From: Eledone cirrhosa
Lineage: Eukaryota
Assembly (NCBI GenBank): GCA_964016885.1
Contig: OZ024747.1
Span: 12,090,001-12,154,000, forward strand
Direction of reading: 5' to 3'
DNA: 64,000 nucleotides
Positions within the stretch are counted from its first letter, which is position 1. Each line of letters opens with the position of its first letter. Positions 48,801-61,686 of the stretch are shown here, piece after piece. The notes below the pieces were generated by a model. The model saw only the letters and a list, made by a program, of their open reading frames with translations, was not told the DNA's origin and did no database searches. The translations under genes were made by a program, and so were the position numbers.

Positions 48801-51800
48801 GCATGTGGCCTACTGGTTAGAGTCTTTGACCCACAAACATAAGGTCGTGGGTTCAATTCTCGGACTGGGTAACAAGTTGTGTCAGTGAACAAGACACTTT
48901 ATTTTCTGTTGATCCAGTTGAAATATGAGTACCAACGTTGACCGACTGGTATACTGTCCAGGGGAAAGTTTATTTTTTTTACTCTTAGTTACTTAACACA
49001 CATGAAACCAGGATAAGTTCAGGAATTCATCCAACCCATGCAAGCATGAACAAAAATGGATGCAAAACAATAATTCACTAACTCTGTATGTACAAATTTC
49101 TTTTTTTAATGGATTGGGCTGGAAGAAGACACTGTGAACATGGCCTTGACAGGTTGTGTAAGACTGGTGGGACACCAGAGTTAATGTTCTTTGAGGGAAT
49201 TTCCGAGGGATAGAATGGGGAAGAAGGACTGGGTAAGTGGTCAGAAAAAACATCAAAAAAAAAACACGAGAAAGATTATCTCACCTGAACTCTGTGTTCA
49301 CTGAAATCAGCTTCTGAAGTGTCATCATCATCATCTCCATCACCAACCTCTTTTACACGACGTTGGAATTCGTCTTCTAAGAGCAGCTTCCTCAGTCGGT
49401 CTTCATCTTGGGGTTGGCGATATTGCATCTCAGACAGCTTCTTTATCTCAAGTTCCCTCATCTTGTTTATATCAAGGGGATTAACAGGTTCTGTCAGTCC
49501 ATCACTGTCCCATACGGGCACACCCGAAGAAAGTGGAGCTTCTTGTGGTGGAGGAGGTAGTGGTGGCCCGCTGTCATTTCTGTTATCAGGGACCCCCGTG
49601 TGCGATGGGGGAAAACCTTGATGACCAAATTTCTGCTTCTCATTCATACGCCTTTCGTAAAGAGGGTCACGGTTGTAGTTGTTGTTCTGTTGGACAGTGT
49701 ACTGAGGGTGATAGCTAGAGTTGATGTTGTTAGGGGGTACATGTTGGTAAGTAGGCCCATCTTTGATATTTTCACGAGGGTCCATTGGCAAGTTCTTGTT
49801 TTGATCCAGCCGATTATATTCTACAGAGTATTTGTTTGACTGGTTCCACTGCATGTTGTCTGGGGAATAGTTGTTGTACTTGATATTCTCAGGTGGGGGT
49901 GGAGGAAGAATATCTTGAAGATCTTCAGGTGCAGGGGGTGGAGGTAAATCGGGTGGAATCTCTGGGGGTGGTGGCAAGTAAGGGCCTTCAGGATCGATAT
50001 AAGCCATTTTGTCTGTTGCTGCTGTTGATGTTGGTGGCATGTACAAATGTTCTTCAGCTCCAAACCTTGCATTATAGAGATTCTGATGTAACACATGGTT
50101 CTCTTGAACATTGACACGACCAATATCACTAGACGTTGGAATTGGTTCAACCGGTTTTAAAGTTACCTTCTTTGGAGGAACTGTTGGTTTCTTTACAATA
50201 TGCTGGTCCCCAGGCTTGATCAGCTGGTGGAAAGGTGGTGCTGGTTCTTGGATACGCTCTTTGGTTTTCTCAAAGAAATGCTGTTGGCGAGCTTGGTTGT
50301 TGACCGATGCTTTTGGAATGTCTTGTCTGATTTCTTGAGAAGGAGGTTCTGCCTGAATTTTAGCATAATGTGATGTGGGTGATGGCTGAAGTTTCTGATC
50401 GGGGGATTCTGTACGGTTGCCAAAACGGCCATAGTTCTGTTCACCTCCGTTAACGCCACCGTAGTTTCGACTGTTGTCCAAGTCATATTTCATCTGCCAT
50501 TCACGCACCTTATCTGTACTGATCTCATCTGATCTTGGCCGCAGCTGACCACCAGAATAATCTGGCCTGTCTGGTCGACTGCCAGGATATGCCACTGAAA
50601 CCGGTCGATCATCCTTCACTGTGTTATTCATTGATAAATGAACAGAAGTGACAGGTTGATTAGGGATTGTTGGTGGTGGTGGGGTACCTTTCTGTTGGTA
50701 AGGTGGAATAGGACTTGGTGTATAAGCAGTCCCTCGCTCGGGGTAGCCCTGGACATTCCTAACCATCTCAGGGGGGCCAGTTCGAGAATATCGAAGTGGA
50801 TCTGATTTATTGATGGTCCCTTGTCTGGCAGTCTCTGGTACTCTTTGATATGGATCAATGTTCCGATTGTCCAAAGGTTTCCCTGGTGGATCAGGTTGCC
50901 TGGTAATATCAGGACTTCTCGCGAGAGGTCCAGCATACCGAGAATCTGTTGTTAAAATCTGATTGTTAGGTGAGGAAGAGTTTCGTTGTTCAAAACCTGG
51001 TCTGTTACCACCATTCATGAATGGCTGCCCTAACTGTTGTTGTTGTTGTTGTTGCTGCTGTCGGAGTGGAGAACTTTGATTGGTTCTCATGGGCCCGTTT
51101 GTAACTTGATTGCGAAGATTGCTCTGAGAGTCTTGTTGTAGTGGTTGATTAGATATGTTAGGGTCACGTGGGTGTGACATACTTCCCGGGGGTGGCTTCA
51201 TCATTTCACCTTGAGGTAAAGTACGGCTCTGATAGTTGGCATTTTTCTGGTTGCGTGGATCAGATATAGAGCCTTCACCTGTAATAACATCAACAATAAC
51301 AACAATAATGTCCACAGCAATAACATCAGTTAAAAGCATATCATTAAAAGCACAACAGAACTGTTTTCAAATAACATCATAAACCAAGTATGTGATCTCA
51401 GAATTTAAAGAACTGGATTAAGATGAGATCTTCAGAATTTTAGGGAATTCTTCATTGTCATCGTTTAATGTCTATCTTCCATGCTAGCATGGGTTGGACA
51501 GATTCCTTCTAATATACTAAAACAAAGCCTTTTAAAGTGACTTTGTTTAAACATTACACTTACTAGAACAGCAGCAGCAATAACTTTTTCTAATACAGCT
51601 ATGTAACACTGTCCCAGACATCTGGTGTGCCACTGTCCTAGACATCTGTTGTGACTGTCCTAGACATCTGTTGTGACTGTCCCAGACATCTGGTGTGACA
51701 CTGCCCAGACATCTAGTGTGACACTGCCCAGACATCTAGTGTGACACTGCCCAGACATCTAGTGTGACACTGCCCAGACATCTAGTGTGACACTGCCCAG

Positions 51801-54800
51801 ACTCTGGTGTGACAGTCCAAACCTCTGGTGTGACACTGCCCAGACATCTGGTGTGACTACCCAGACATCTGGTGTGACACTGTCCAAACATCTGGTGTGA
51901 GACTGTCCAGACATCTGGTGTGACACTGCCCAGACATCTGGTGTGACACTGCCCAGACTCTGGTGTGACACTGCCCAGACTCTGGTGTGACACTGCCCAG
52001 ACTCTGGTGTGACACTGCCCAGACTCTGGTGTGACACTGCCCAGACTCTGGTGTGACACTGCCCAGACTCTGGTGTGACACTGCCCAGACTCTGGTGTGA
52101 CACTGCCCAGACTCTGGTGTGACACTGCCCAGACTCTGGTGTGACACTGCCCAGACTCTGGTGTGACACTGCCCAGACTCTGGTGTGACACTGCCCAGAC
52201 TCTGGTGTGACACTAGCTACTCTGCTGTCTATATTGTCCAGTCCTTCATAGGTTTAGTTTTGTTATGAAGATTGTTTAGATGGAGTTAGTTAATAAGTTA
52301 ATAATTTTAGAAAGTTAACAAGAGCGTATGTTCATAGTGATGACAATAGTGGTGGTGGTGGTGACAATGGTGGTGGTGGTGGTGGTGATGGTGATGACAA
52401 TGGTGGTGATGGTGATGACAATGGCAATAGTGGTGGTGGTGGTGACAATAGTGGTGTGGTGGTGGTGATGACAATAGTGGTGGTGGTGATGACAATAGTG
52501 GTGGTGATGACAATAGTGGTGGTGGTGATGACAATAGTGGTGGTGGTGATGACAATAGTGGTGGTGGTGATGACAATAGTGGTGGTGGTGATGACAATAG
52601 TGGTGGTGGTGATGACAATAGTGGTGGTGGTGATGACAATAGTGGTGGTGGTGATGACAATAGTGGTGGTGGTGATGACAATAGTGGTGGTGGTGATGAC
52701 AATAGTGGTGGTGGTGATGACAATAGTGGTGTGGTGGTGGTGATGACAATAGTAATAGTGGTGGTGATGACAATAGTGGTGGTGGCGATGACAATAGTAA
52801 TAGTGGTGGTGATGACAATAGTGGTGGTAGCATTAATTATGTCAATGGTGATAATGATATTAATGGTGATGATATTAATAGTGACAATGTTAATGGTGGT
52901 GATGATAGTAGTGGCTATCCTGATGAAAATTTACCATATAACATTAATTAATATAATTAGTTATATGACAAAGATAATGATTTCTAGTGAATATTACTAT
53001 TGTTAAGATGTTTGTGTCCTGAAATTTCAGGATTGCAATAAAAATACTAAGATCTATCTAGTATAGCAGCTAAGATTACATAGAGATCAAGCAAATAAAA
53101 TCAAGATATAGCAGGATCAAGTAAATGAGATCAAGATATAGCAGGATAAAGTAAATGAGATCAAGACATGGCAGGATCAAGTAACTGAGATCAAGACATG
53201 CAAAGATCAAGCAAATGAGATCAAGCAAATGAGATCAAGACATGCAAAGATCAAGCAAATGAGATCAAGACATACCGGGATCAAGCAAATGAGATCAAGC
53301 AAATGAGATCAAGACATACCGGGATCAAGCAAATGAGATCAAAACATACAGGGATCAAGCAAATGAGATTAAGACATGCAGGGATCAAACATATGAGGGT
53401 AATATGTGGATGTATGAAGCAAATGAGATCAAAATAGTGTAAGATTAAGCAAATGGGATTGAGAAGTTGGTTCTAGAAATGCTACAATCCAATCATGCAA
53501 ATAATACAGAAGGCACATAGGACAGATAGGATTTAAATTTAAGTCTAAGATATGGTATTTTTATCACCCTCTCAATGTTGTTAACAAGAGAGAGAATAGT
53601 GCTGCCTGTGCTATGTGCAGAACAGACTTACGAAAAACCGGAGCTGGTTGCCATAATATTGGCAGAGATGAACTGATACAGTTGGAATTTCTAGGAATGT
53701 TGCAGTGAGCCGTGTTACTTTGACTTAAAACAACTTTGCGGTTACTTCTGGCACGAAGTGAAGTATTAACAGGAGCAAATGAAGCATAACTAGAGGCAGA
53801 AAGTCCTCGCCATTCAGCTTCGAGGACAAGATCTTTGACGTTTTTCCTGCGATGGAGCTCCTGCAGAGTGCACTCGCTGTTGGACCAAGATCTATCGCTT
53901 TGGTCTGAAAAAAGCCCCAATTTCTTTCTATTTTTTTTTATAATGATTTAAAAAACAAATTTAACAATATAAAAATGAAACGTAATCTAACAAGAACAAA
54001 CTATTTAATGATCATACCGTGAATTGCAACAAAATAGAATAATACGGCAGCAAACTTTTTATGACCATTTCTTCTGATAAAGCAAAGGTTAACCTTATGA
54101 GCCCTTCATACTCATCATGGTGAACTTTATTAAGAAATGATTTATGGTCAAATAGCTTTCCTGGTACCAACCTTTTAACCACCTCTTGCGATATGCAGAG
54201 ATAAAGAATGTAAAAATATTTGTTTGGAAAACTTGCACCACAAGCAAGCAAAACCATTTGTGAGATAAACATGCACCACAAACCAGCTAGAACCCACAAT
54301 AATACATTTTTCTTCATTCATTCTATTTTACATCAATTCTGCAACAATTTAGAAGTTAATTCAAATGTTTATATTGTTTTTACAAGTGGACAGATTGATG
54401 TAAAAAATTGAAAAAAACTGAAGACTTTACTTCAATTCTGCATGTGATGCAGTCATAGTCCTGTTTTGTACTTTCCAAGAATGTCTTGCTAATGCTGTTT
54501 CATGCAGAATAGGACATTAAAATTTACATTAGTTAGATAGTTTGTAATAATTCAGACAGATGCCAAATTACTTGATCAATTTCTTCTATACCTAGCTGTT
54601 AGCTCTTCTAGTCAAAAACATGTTAACTGTAAAGAAGAGGTAGAAATTGTGTTTGCTAACTAACCAATTAAGTGTAAAGACGGAGCAATACTTATTTGCC
54701 AGTCAGGTGGACTGTGGCAAGCAGAGTTTCTGTACCTTAGCTACAGATGTCACAATTACTTTAATACTGTTGTATTGATAGTTGTGTCTACTTTTGGCAC

Positions 54801-57800
54801 AAGGCCAGCAATTATCCCAGTGTATTACTGGTGCTTTATTTTATCGACCCCGTAAGGATGAAAGGCAAAGTTAACCTCGGCAGGATTTGAACTCAGACCA
54901 TAAAGGGCCATAATTCTTTGCTACAAAGCAGGGCGTCAGACCCTCTACCAATACTGCCAATCCACCAGTGATGGTTAAGTGGTGGTGTTAAACTGGCTGA
55001 CAGGTAAAGTCAATCTCCAAAGATAGGATGGATACCTCATAGGTTTCATTTACAAAATTTTACTGACAATGCTTTGGTATACTTTATGCTGTGGTAGAAG
55101 ACACTTGCTCAAGGTGCCATAGAGTGGGAGTTCACTCTTTTGATATCAAAATACATCTGGTTTTATACAAAGCTGTGTATTTTAAAGTGTTTTTAGAATA
55201 GGTACACCATATCCTAACATGTAAGAGGTGACTAAAAGGGTTAGCATCAGGAAGGGCACCCAGCTTTCAAACCATCCTGTCCAACCCATGCAAGCAAGGA
55301 AGATTGGATAAAATTATTATTCCATGGTGATTTTATGTAAGAACCTTTATTAAGTAATGTTCCAAATACCTGCTTAATAATGAAAAAGACATTTCAAAAT
55401 CTCCCTAATTTTATTTGATTATTTTCAAATTAATTGAAAATCAATGACATTGTTCTTCATTAGAAATATGGTAATGAAATGTTTTAGAAAATCTGGAATG
55501 AGTTTCTGAAAAGAAGTAATGATGGAAATGAACTAAGTTGGGTACTTACTATTTGTTGAAGGAGAAGATTGTGGTGGATGTGCATAGTATTGTGGTCTCA
55601 CATCATGTGTTTGAATTCGAGGTGGACCATCACGAAATTCCTTTTTATACACTTGCTGAGCAGGTCCTTGACGAACTAAATCACGTGGAGCACCTTGGTA
55701 CTGTGGTGGACCCTGCTGGTTCATGTCACGGGGAGAGCCTGGTTGTGGTGGCCCTTGGCGGTGCATTTCTCGGGGAGAGCCTGGTTGTGGTGGCCCTTGG
55801 CGGTGCATTTCTCGGGGAGAGCCTGGTTGTGGTGGCCCTTGGCGGTGCATTTCTCGAGGAGAGCCAGGGTGAGGAGAAGCCTGGTGTGGAGGGCCTGGTC
55901 GGATCATATCATGAGGCATATTCTGATGAGCCATTTCACGAGGTGAACCCTGAAGACTCATTTCATGAGGAGGTCCTTGGTGAGGAGGACCATGGCGCAT
56001 CATTTCTGAAGGCGGGCCTTGTTGTTGAGGTGGCCCTTGTCGAGGCATATCATGGATATCACGGTGTGAACCTTGATGGGGTAGACCTTGATGAGGTGGG
56101 CCTTGATGGGGTGGGCCTTGATGAGGGGGGCCTTGATGGGGCGGGCCTTGATGGGGCGGGCCTTGATGGGGCGGGCCTTGATGGGGGGGCCCTTGATGGG
56201 GGGGCCCTTGATGGGGGGGCCCTTGATGGGGCGGGCCTTGATGGGGCGGGCCTTGATGGGAGGGCCCTTGATGGGGGTGAGGCATTGGTCGAGCCATATC
56301 ATTGGGTATCCCATTCATATTTAAATTTTCTTCACTTCTGTGGCGTCCCTTGTTTGGGTAAGCACCGGGAGGCCCATTCTTCTTGGGACTGTTGGCTGTA
56401 AGAGAAAATTTATAATGCTATAATGTTCTTCATATATTGACAGGGTTTTATAGCAGTTTGATTACATTAGCTTTAACCCTTTCATTACAAACCCAGCCCA
56501 AACCAGTTCTGGTTCCAATTTAAATTAAAATCTTCCAACATAATTTCATATAAAAACCTTACATTGATTTACTATCTTAGTAATAAAATAATAATTTTAG
56601 TTAAATTCCTCAAAATTCTTCTCTAATTGAAATAGCTTGTATTTCATTAGAAATGCAGTCATGAGCAGGTTAAAGTAGTACACACACACACTAACACACT
56701 AACACAGTAGAAACCATACTAACTCACATGACCTTTATCACCACCACTAGTAAACTGTTTAAAATGAAGACAACCTGTTTACTCACCTCTTTGTATGACT
56801 GGTGATGGTTGACTGAGCAGAGTTGCCAAACCATGGTAAATAGCTCCTTGTTTAGATACTTTCAACCTGACAACATTGCCAGTTTTGGTCATCAAGTTAG
56901 CAGCTCTATGAAACAAAGAGAAACATTATAATTGTAGTAACATCATAGATATTATCTTAGAAAAGAAACATCATAAAGTTTAATACTAGAAACATAACAT
57001 TAATGTAGTAATATCATAAACAATATCTTAGTAAAGAGACATTATCATAGTAATGAATGTGATATATCCTTATTTAAGTAATATCATTGGTATGATCTAA
57101 GTAAAGAGACATAATAAACATAATATTTAATTTAGAGAGATTATTATAACAACATCATAGGTAATATCATAGTTAAGAGACATCATAAACATTATCATCA
57201 TAATTAGCATGACATCATATAGATTACCATTAGTGGCATCTTATAAGCCATGCCATAATGGTTTCTTATATAAGTACAAGGACAGCAAAGTTTTTTTTTA
57301 GGGGGGGGGGGGGGTCGATTAAATCTACTCCAATGCATGACTGGTACTTTATTTTATCGACCCTGTAAGGATGAAAGGCAAAGTTAACCTTGGCGGGATT
57401 TGAACTCAGATCATAAAGGGCCGTAACTCTATGCTGCAAAGCATGGCGTCCAACCCTCTACCGATCCACTGCCTTCCTATAAGCTATACCATAATGATGT
57501 CATGAGTATTATGATAGACACAGTATTGAGACATGAATACAGTGGGATCAGTCTGATGCAGGTTAGATACCATGGAATATATAGAGCCTAGTAGCCACAA
57601 ACATATAAAGTGATAATCAGGAAGACACTGTAATACCTACAACAGATTTCAACTCAAAACCTGTAGGCTGGAAGTCCCCAAAACTCTAGTTAATACCTTA
57701 TCTACTGAATAGGAACAGGAGATTTTATGTAAGTACCTTTGATATGTTCCAAAAATCAGTTTAATAATGAAGAATTTGGTTATATTACCAAATCCTTTCA

Positions 57801-58752
57801 AATACTTCCTTATTTTTAAAATGGCTTGACAATCAAATACAGTGTCTTTTATTAGAAATATGGTAACAAAAGAGTTTATCATTAAATTTTTCCAAATTCT
57901 TTGTTCTTTTAAATAATTTGAATATCACAAGCAGTGTCTGTCATTTGAAATATGGTATTGAAAGGATTAATAATAAGTTAGTTATATTACTAAATATCTC
58001 CAAATTGTTTATTGTTTAAATTATTTAGCAATCATAAGCAGTGTTTTATTTGAAATATGGTAATAGGATTAATAGACAAGTGAAAACTATAGTTTATTTC
58101 TGCTACTTTAGAGTTATTTCTTAAGACCATCACACAAAAATAGGGTCAACATGAATAGTAAAACAGGAATAAATTGAGAAAGGTTCTTACTTCTCTTGGC
58201 TTAAGCCCACTAAACTTCGACCATCTACTTCCAATAGCTGGTCACCAGCCTGTAGCCGACCATCCTGGAATAAAAAATATATTTTCATTTTTCTTTCTTT
58301 TTATTCATGTAAATGTGAACAAGACCCTATGGGTGCCCTTCCTAATGCCAACAACCTCTTTACAGAGTGTACTGGGTACATTTTATAATTGGGACCAGCA
58401 GCAAGGAGATTCTAATGATAATATTGTAATGAAATATAATAATTGTTTCTACTTTTGGCACAAGGCCAGCAATTATCCCAGTGTATTACTGGTATTTTAT
58501 TTTATCAACCCCCGTAAGGATGAAAGGGAAAGTTAACCTCGGCGGGATTTGAACTCAGACAGTAAAGGGGCGTAACTCTATGCTACAAATCATGGTGTCC
58601 GACTCTACCGATACTGTCAATCCACCGCCCTTGAAATATAATAATAAAACAGTAATATGAAGAGGGGAATGGATTAAATGACTTACCAAAGCAGCTGCTC
58701 CACCAGGTACGACAGATTTAATGTAAATTCCTCTTGACATCTGGCCATCACC
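45006..58752 (-). CDS. AFDN: Afadin (AF-6/canoe), 3' portion: complement(join(45006-45899,46343-46456,46929-47043,48598-48719,49285-51278,53632-53904,55550-56395,56787-56905,58191-58264,58687-58752))
   Basis: PDZ GIYIKSVVPGGAAALDGRLQAGDQLLEVDGRSLVGLSQEKAANLMTKTGNVVRLKVSKQGAIYHGLATLLSQPSP closely follows the afadin PDZ; the C-terminus PGVIGGQEVYRDPR...PERMSFRDKMKYF is canoe-like; all GT-AG with consistent phases. Confidence 0.93.
46343..46456 (-). CDS. AFDN: Afadin coiled-coil exon (EMREKQRRDIEEQRKIHLMEEEMMKDRKLEELRQKKEM)
   Basis: tttcag| ... ATG|gtcagt, phase 0-0. Confidence 0.85.
46929..47043 (-). CDS. AFDN: Afadin coiled-coil exon (LRQRIEIFEKERAEDDIRQQKRQQRKQQEQEQHLQKQR)
   Basis: ttttag| ... 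AGG|gtaatg, phase 2-0. Confidence 0.85.
47380..47620 (-). mobile_element. RTE LINE 3' fragment with tail
   Basis: Reverse strand WYGHVMHMEDDC...GRPRKTW plus cttgcaagcagggaaaagc tail. Confidence 0.7.
47887..48097. mobile_element. Tc1/mariner-like MITE
   Basis: TA flanks; TIRs cagggtgaaca / tgttcaccctg. Confidence 0.7.
48243..48449. mobile_element. piggyBac-like MITE (same family as 42627)
   Basis: ttaa-ccctttagcattta ... taaatgctaaaggg. Confidence 0.7.
48598..48719 (-). CDS. AFDN: Afadin exon (SREWLINTMQEDLQRSFNRLRQLEQEQITDEYEKEKDRMK)
   Basis: ttacag| ... CG|gtgtgt, phase 0-2. Confidence 0.8.
49285..51278 (-). CDS. AFDN: Afadin large Pro/Gln-rich exon (1994 nt)
   Basis: ttacag| ... CAG|gtgaga; contains the conserved EDRLRKLLLEDEFQRRVKE motif and PPPP tracts. 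Confidence 0.9.
51605..52213. repeat. 22/23-bp minisatellite (cccagac(a)tctggtgtgacactg)
   Basis: About 27 copies, homogeneous 22-mers at the right end. Confidence 0.95.
52336..52830. repeat. 21-bp minisatellite (gtggtggtggtgatgacaata)
   Basis: More than 20 copies. Confidence 0.95.
53084..53460. repeat. About 30-bp degenerate minisatellite (gatcaagcaaatgagatcaagaca...)
   Basis: About 12 copies. Confidence 0.85.
53632..53904 (-). CDS. AFDN: Afadin candidate cassette exon (273 nt, phase 1-1)
   Basis: tttcag| QSDRSWSNSECTLQELHRRKNVKDLVLEAEW...WQPAPVF C|gtaagt; open in frame. Confidence 0.65.
54790..54968 (-). mobile_element. Family 1 SINE
   Basis: Reverse complement of the 4691-type element. 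Confidence 0.85.
55550..56395 (-). CDS. AFDN: Afadin exon with PHQGP pentapeptide and MHRQGPPQPGSPRE repeats
   Basis: ttacag| ... A|gtaagt, 846 nt, phase 1-1, in frame with the PDZ exon. Confidence 0.85.
56787..56905 (-). CDS. AFDN: Afadin PDZ C-terminal exon (AANLMTKTGNVVRLKVSKQGAIYHGLATLLSQPSPVIQR)
   Basis: catag| ... G|gtgagt. Confidence 0.92.
57260..57475 (-). mobile_element. Family 1 SINE
   Basis: Reverse-strand core and head. Confidence 0.85.
58191..58264 (-). CDS. AFDN: Afadin PDZ exon (DGRLQAGDQLLEVDGRSLVGLSQE)
   Basis: ttccag| ... AA|gtaaga. Confidence 0.93.
58445..58631 (-). mobile_element. Family 1 SINE
   Basis: Reverse-strand core and head. Confidence 0.85.
58687..58752 (-). 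CDS. AFDN: Afadin PDZ exon (GDGQMSRGIYIKSVVPGGAAAL)
   Basis: ttccag| ... TTG|gtaagt, phase 0-0. Confidence 0.92.
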
Positions 58753-58796
58753 CTGGAAATAAAAACCGAAGAAAGGTAAAGATAAGAGAGAAATAA

Positions 58797-58827
<31 letters not shown>

Positions 58828-59443
58828 ATGTGAAATGCAGCCTCTTCCTCAAGAAGACAACACCAAGTCCAGGAATTGAACCTATGACCTCATGATACTG
58901 AGTTCAACACTCTAATCATAAGGTTATCTACTTTCACAATTAGTGAATATGAACAATTCAGTTCAAAGGAAAGCCGATTGTCAGTTTGGACCAAGAAAAC
59001 TCATGCTTCCATTGGTCTTTTCATTGTTGATACTATCTTATCTGTTGCAGTTCCTGGCAGAAGTGCCACCATTTTTCTGGTGATGAGAAGTAAGATTTGA
59101 ACTCAAAACACACAGAGATAGAACAGATACTGCAAAGCATCCCATCTGACACTTTAACAATTCTACCAATCTACTACCACTGGACTGGTACTTTATCAAC
59201 TCCTGAAAGGATGAAAGGCAAACGTGACCCTAGCAAGATTTGAACTCAGAATGCAGAAAAGGATACCAAGGCATTTAATTTGGTGTTTTAATAACTCAGC
59301 CAATTCACCAGTTCAAAAGTGAAATATATTCCTTAGTGAACATTTTAGTACCCGATTTTTAAAAATAGTTTTTTTAACAATATCTTACAGTTTTCTCTTT
59401 TAGAGAGGTGGGAATAGGAAAAAAAATTAAATATTTACCTTTT

Positions 59444-60295
59444 TATAAACCTGATATTAAATGTCTACCTATAAACCCGATATTAAATGTCTACCTATAA
59501 ACCTGACATTAAATGTCTACCTATAAACCTGATATTAAATGTCTACCTATAAACCTGATATTAAATGTCTACCTATAAACCTGATATTAAATGTCTACCT
59601 ATAAACCTGATATTAAATGTCTACCTATAAACCTGATATTAAATGTCTACCTATAAACCTGATATTAAATGTCTACCTATAAACCTGATATTAAATGTCT
59701 ACCTATAAACCTGATATTAAATGTCTACCTATAAACCCGATATTAAATGTCTACCTATAAACCCGATATTAAATGTCTACCTATAAACCCGATATTAAAT
59801 GTCTACCTATAAACCGGATATTAAATGTCTACCTTACAATAAACCTGATACCACATGTCTACCTTACAATAAACCTGATACCACATGTCTACCTTACTAT
59901 AAACCTGATACCACATGTCTACCTTACTATAAACCTGATACCACATGTCTACCTTACTATAAACCTGATACCACATGTCTACCTTACTATAAACCTGATA
60001 CCACATGTCTACCTTACAATAAACCTGATACCACATGTCTACCTTACTATAAACCTGATACCACATGTCTACCTTACTATAAACCTGATACCACATGTCT
60101 ACCTTACTATAAACCTGATACCACATGTCTACCTTACTATAAACCTGCTACCACATGTCTACCTTACTATAAACCTGATACCACATGTCTACCTTACTAT
60201 AAACCTGATACCACATGTCTACCTTACTATAAACCTGATACTAAGTATCTATCTTACTATAAACCTGATACTAAGTATCTATCTTTCTATAAACA
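59444..60295. repeat. Minisatellite switching from a 26-bp to a 30-bp unit
   Basis: tataaacctgatattaaatgtctacc to about 59830, then ttactataaacctgataccacatgtctacc. Confidence 0.95.
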
Positions 60296-60375
60296 TTTAT
60301 CTACACAGTTCTTAACATATTAAACTCTGTATACAAATATGGGAGAAATTTGATCACTATTTACACACATATATA

Positions 60376-60450
60376 CAGGGTCTCCTTCAAAATGTATAAA
60401 CATATCTTATAGAATGCGGTTGAACGTGTATACATTTTTGGGATACCCTG
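60376..60450. mobile_element. Very short Tc1/mariner-like MITE
   Basis: ta-cagggt....caaaatgtata ... tatacattttt..ataccctg-ta. Confidence 0.5.
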
Positions 60451-60497
60451 TATATATGCATACACATGCACACACATGTATGTAAACACATGCACAC

Positions 60498-60534
<37 letters not shown>

Positions 60535-61248
60535 CACACACATATATTTGGCATAATTTATCACAAGAAAAATATTCTTTAGTCAGGATATATTAAGTCA
60601 AATAAATATACATTCATTACTATTTTGTATTGAGTATTCATTTGAAACAGTTTCACTTTACTTTTATAGTAAGAAATACCCCCGAAAAAACAAAAATACA
60701 TGGATGTATACATGTGTGCACATACACGCTAAGACACACATATATATAATGAGGTGGAAATCTCATTGGCTGAGTGAGGTAGCAGAGTAAAAACTAAATA
60801 TATATCATCATTTAACGTCTGCTTATATATAGGTGCAATGAGGTGGTACAATAATACAACAAACTTTCAGTAATTTTGAAAGAACATGCCACAAGATGTC
60901 CATGTTTCTTCTGCCAAGAGTAAAGTTTTGGGAGTAAGGAACATGTAAGAGGGTGGAGAGGTGATGAAGTGACATATGGAGATGGAAACAATCAGAGGGT
61001 GAATAAGACAAAGGTTCGAGAATGGAGAAGACACACAGACAAAGACACACACATACGAATATATTTACATATATATATATATATATAAACACAGAGAGAG
61101 ATATAGAAAGAGAGTATGTTTCTAAAGATATACTGACCAATCATAAAGCTATTAATCAAAGACCTGATACTTTAACTGTAGACAAGCAGTAAACATTTGC
61201 TTAGAATCAAAACCAAAACTAGGAATTAGGCAATAGCAGGCAGTAGTA

Positions 61249-61339
<91 letters not shown>

Positions 61340-61444
61340 AATAAAGAGATAGAGAAATAAAGAGATAGAGAGAGACAGAGATAGAGAGAGATAGAGAGAC
61401 AGAGAGACAGAGATAGAGAGACAGAGATAGAGAGAGATAGAGAT

Positions 61445-61475
<31 letters not shown>

Positions 61476-61686
61476 ATCAACCAGAAATATCAATCAATCA
61501 ATTCAAAAACATTTATATTTTGTCAATTGTTTCAATTAATCTGACCTTAAACAATGTATGACTACCTTGGGTTAGTTTGACTTGTATAACTGGTGATAAT
61601 TATAATACATTGAGCTTCTCCATGTCTTGATATATGACTTAAGTGGAAACTTCCATTTACAAATATATATATATATATATATATAT

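Noticed and set aside
52307-53006. His-rich and SSPPPLL-repeat ORFs on the afadin strand
   Set aside because: A 21-bp minisatellite open in several frames, with no convincing in-phase splice sites
55538-56401. 287-aa plus-strand ORF (LDGAG repeats)
   Set aside because: Antisense shadow of the afadin PHQGP exon
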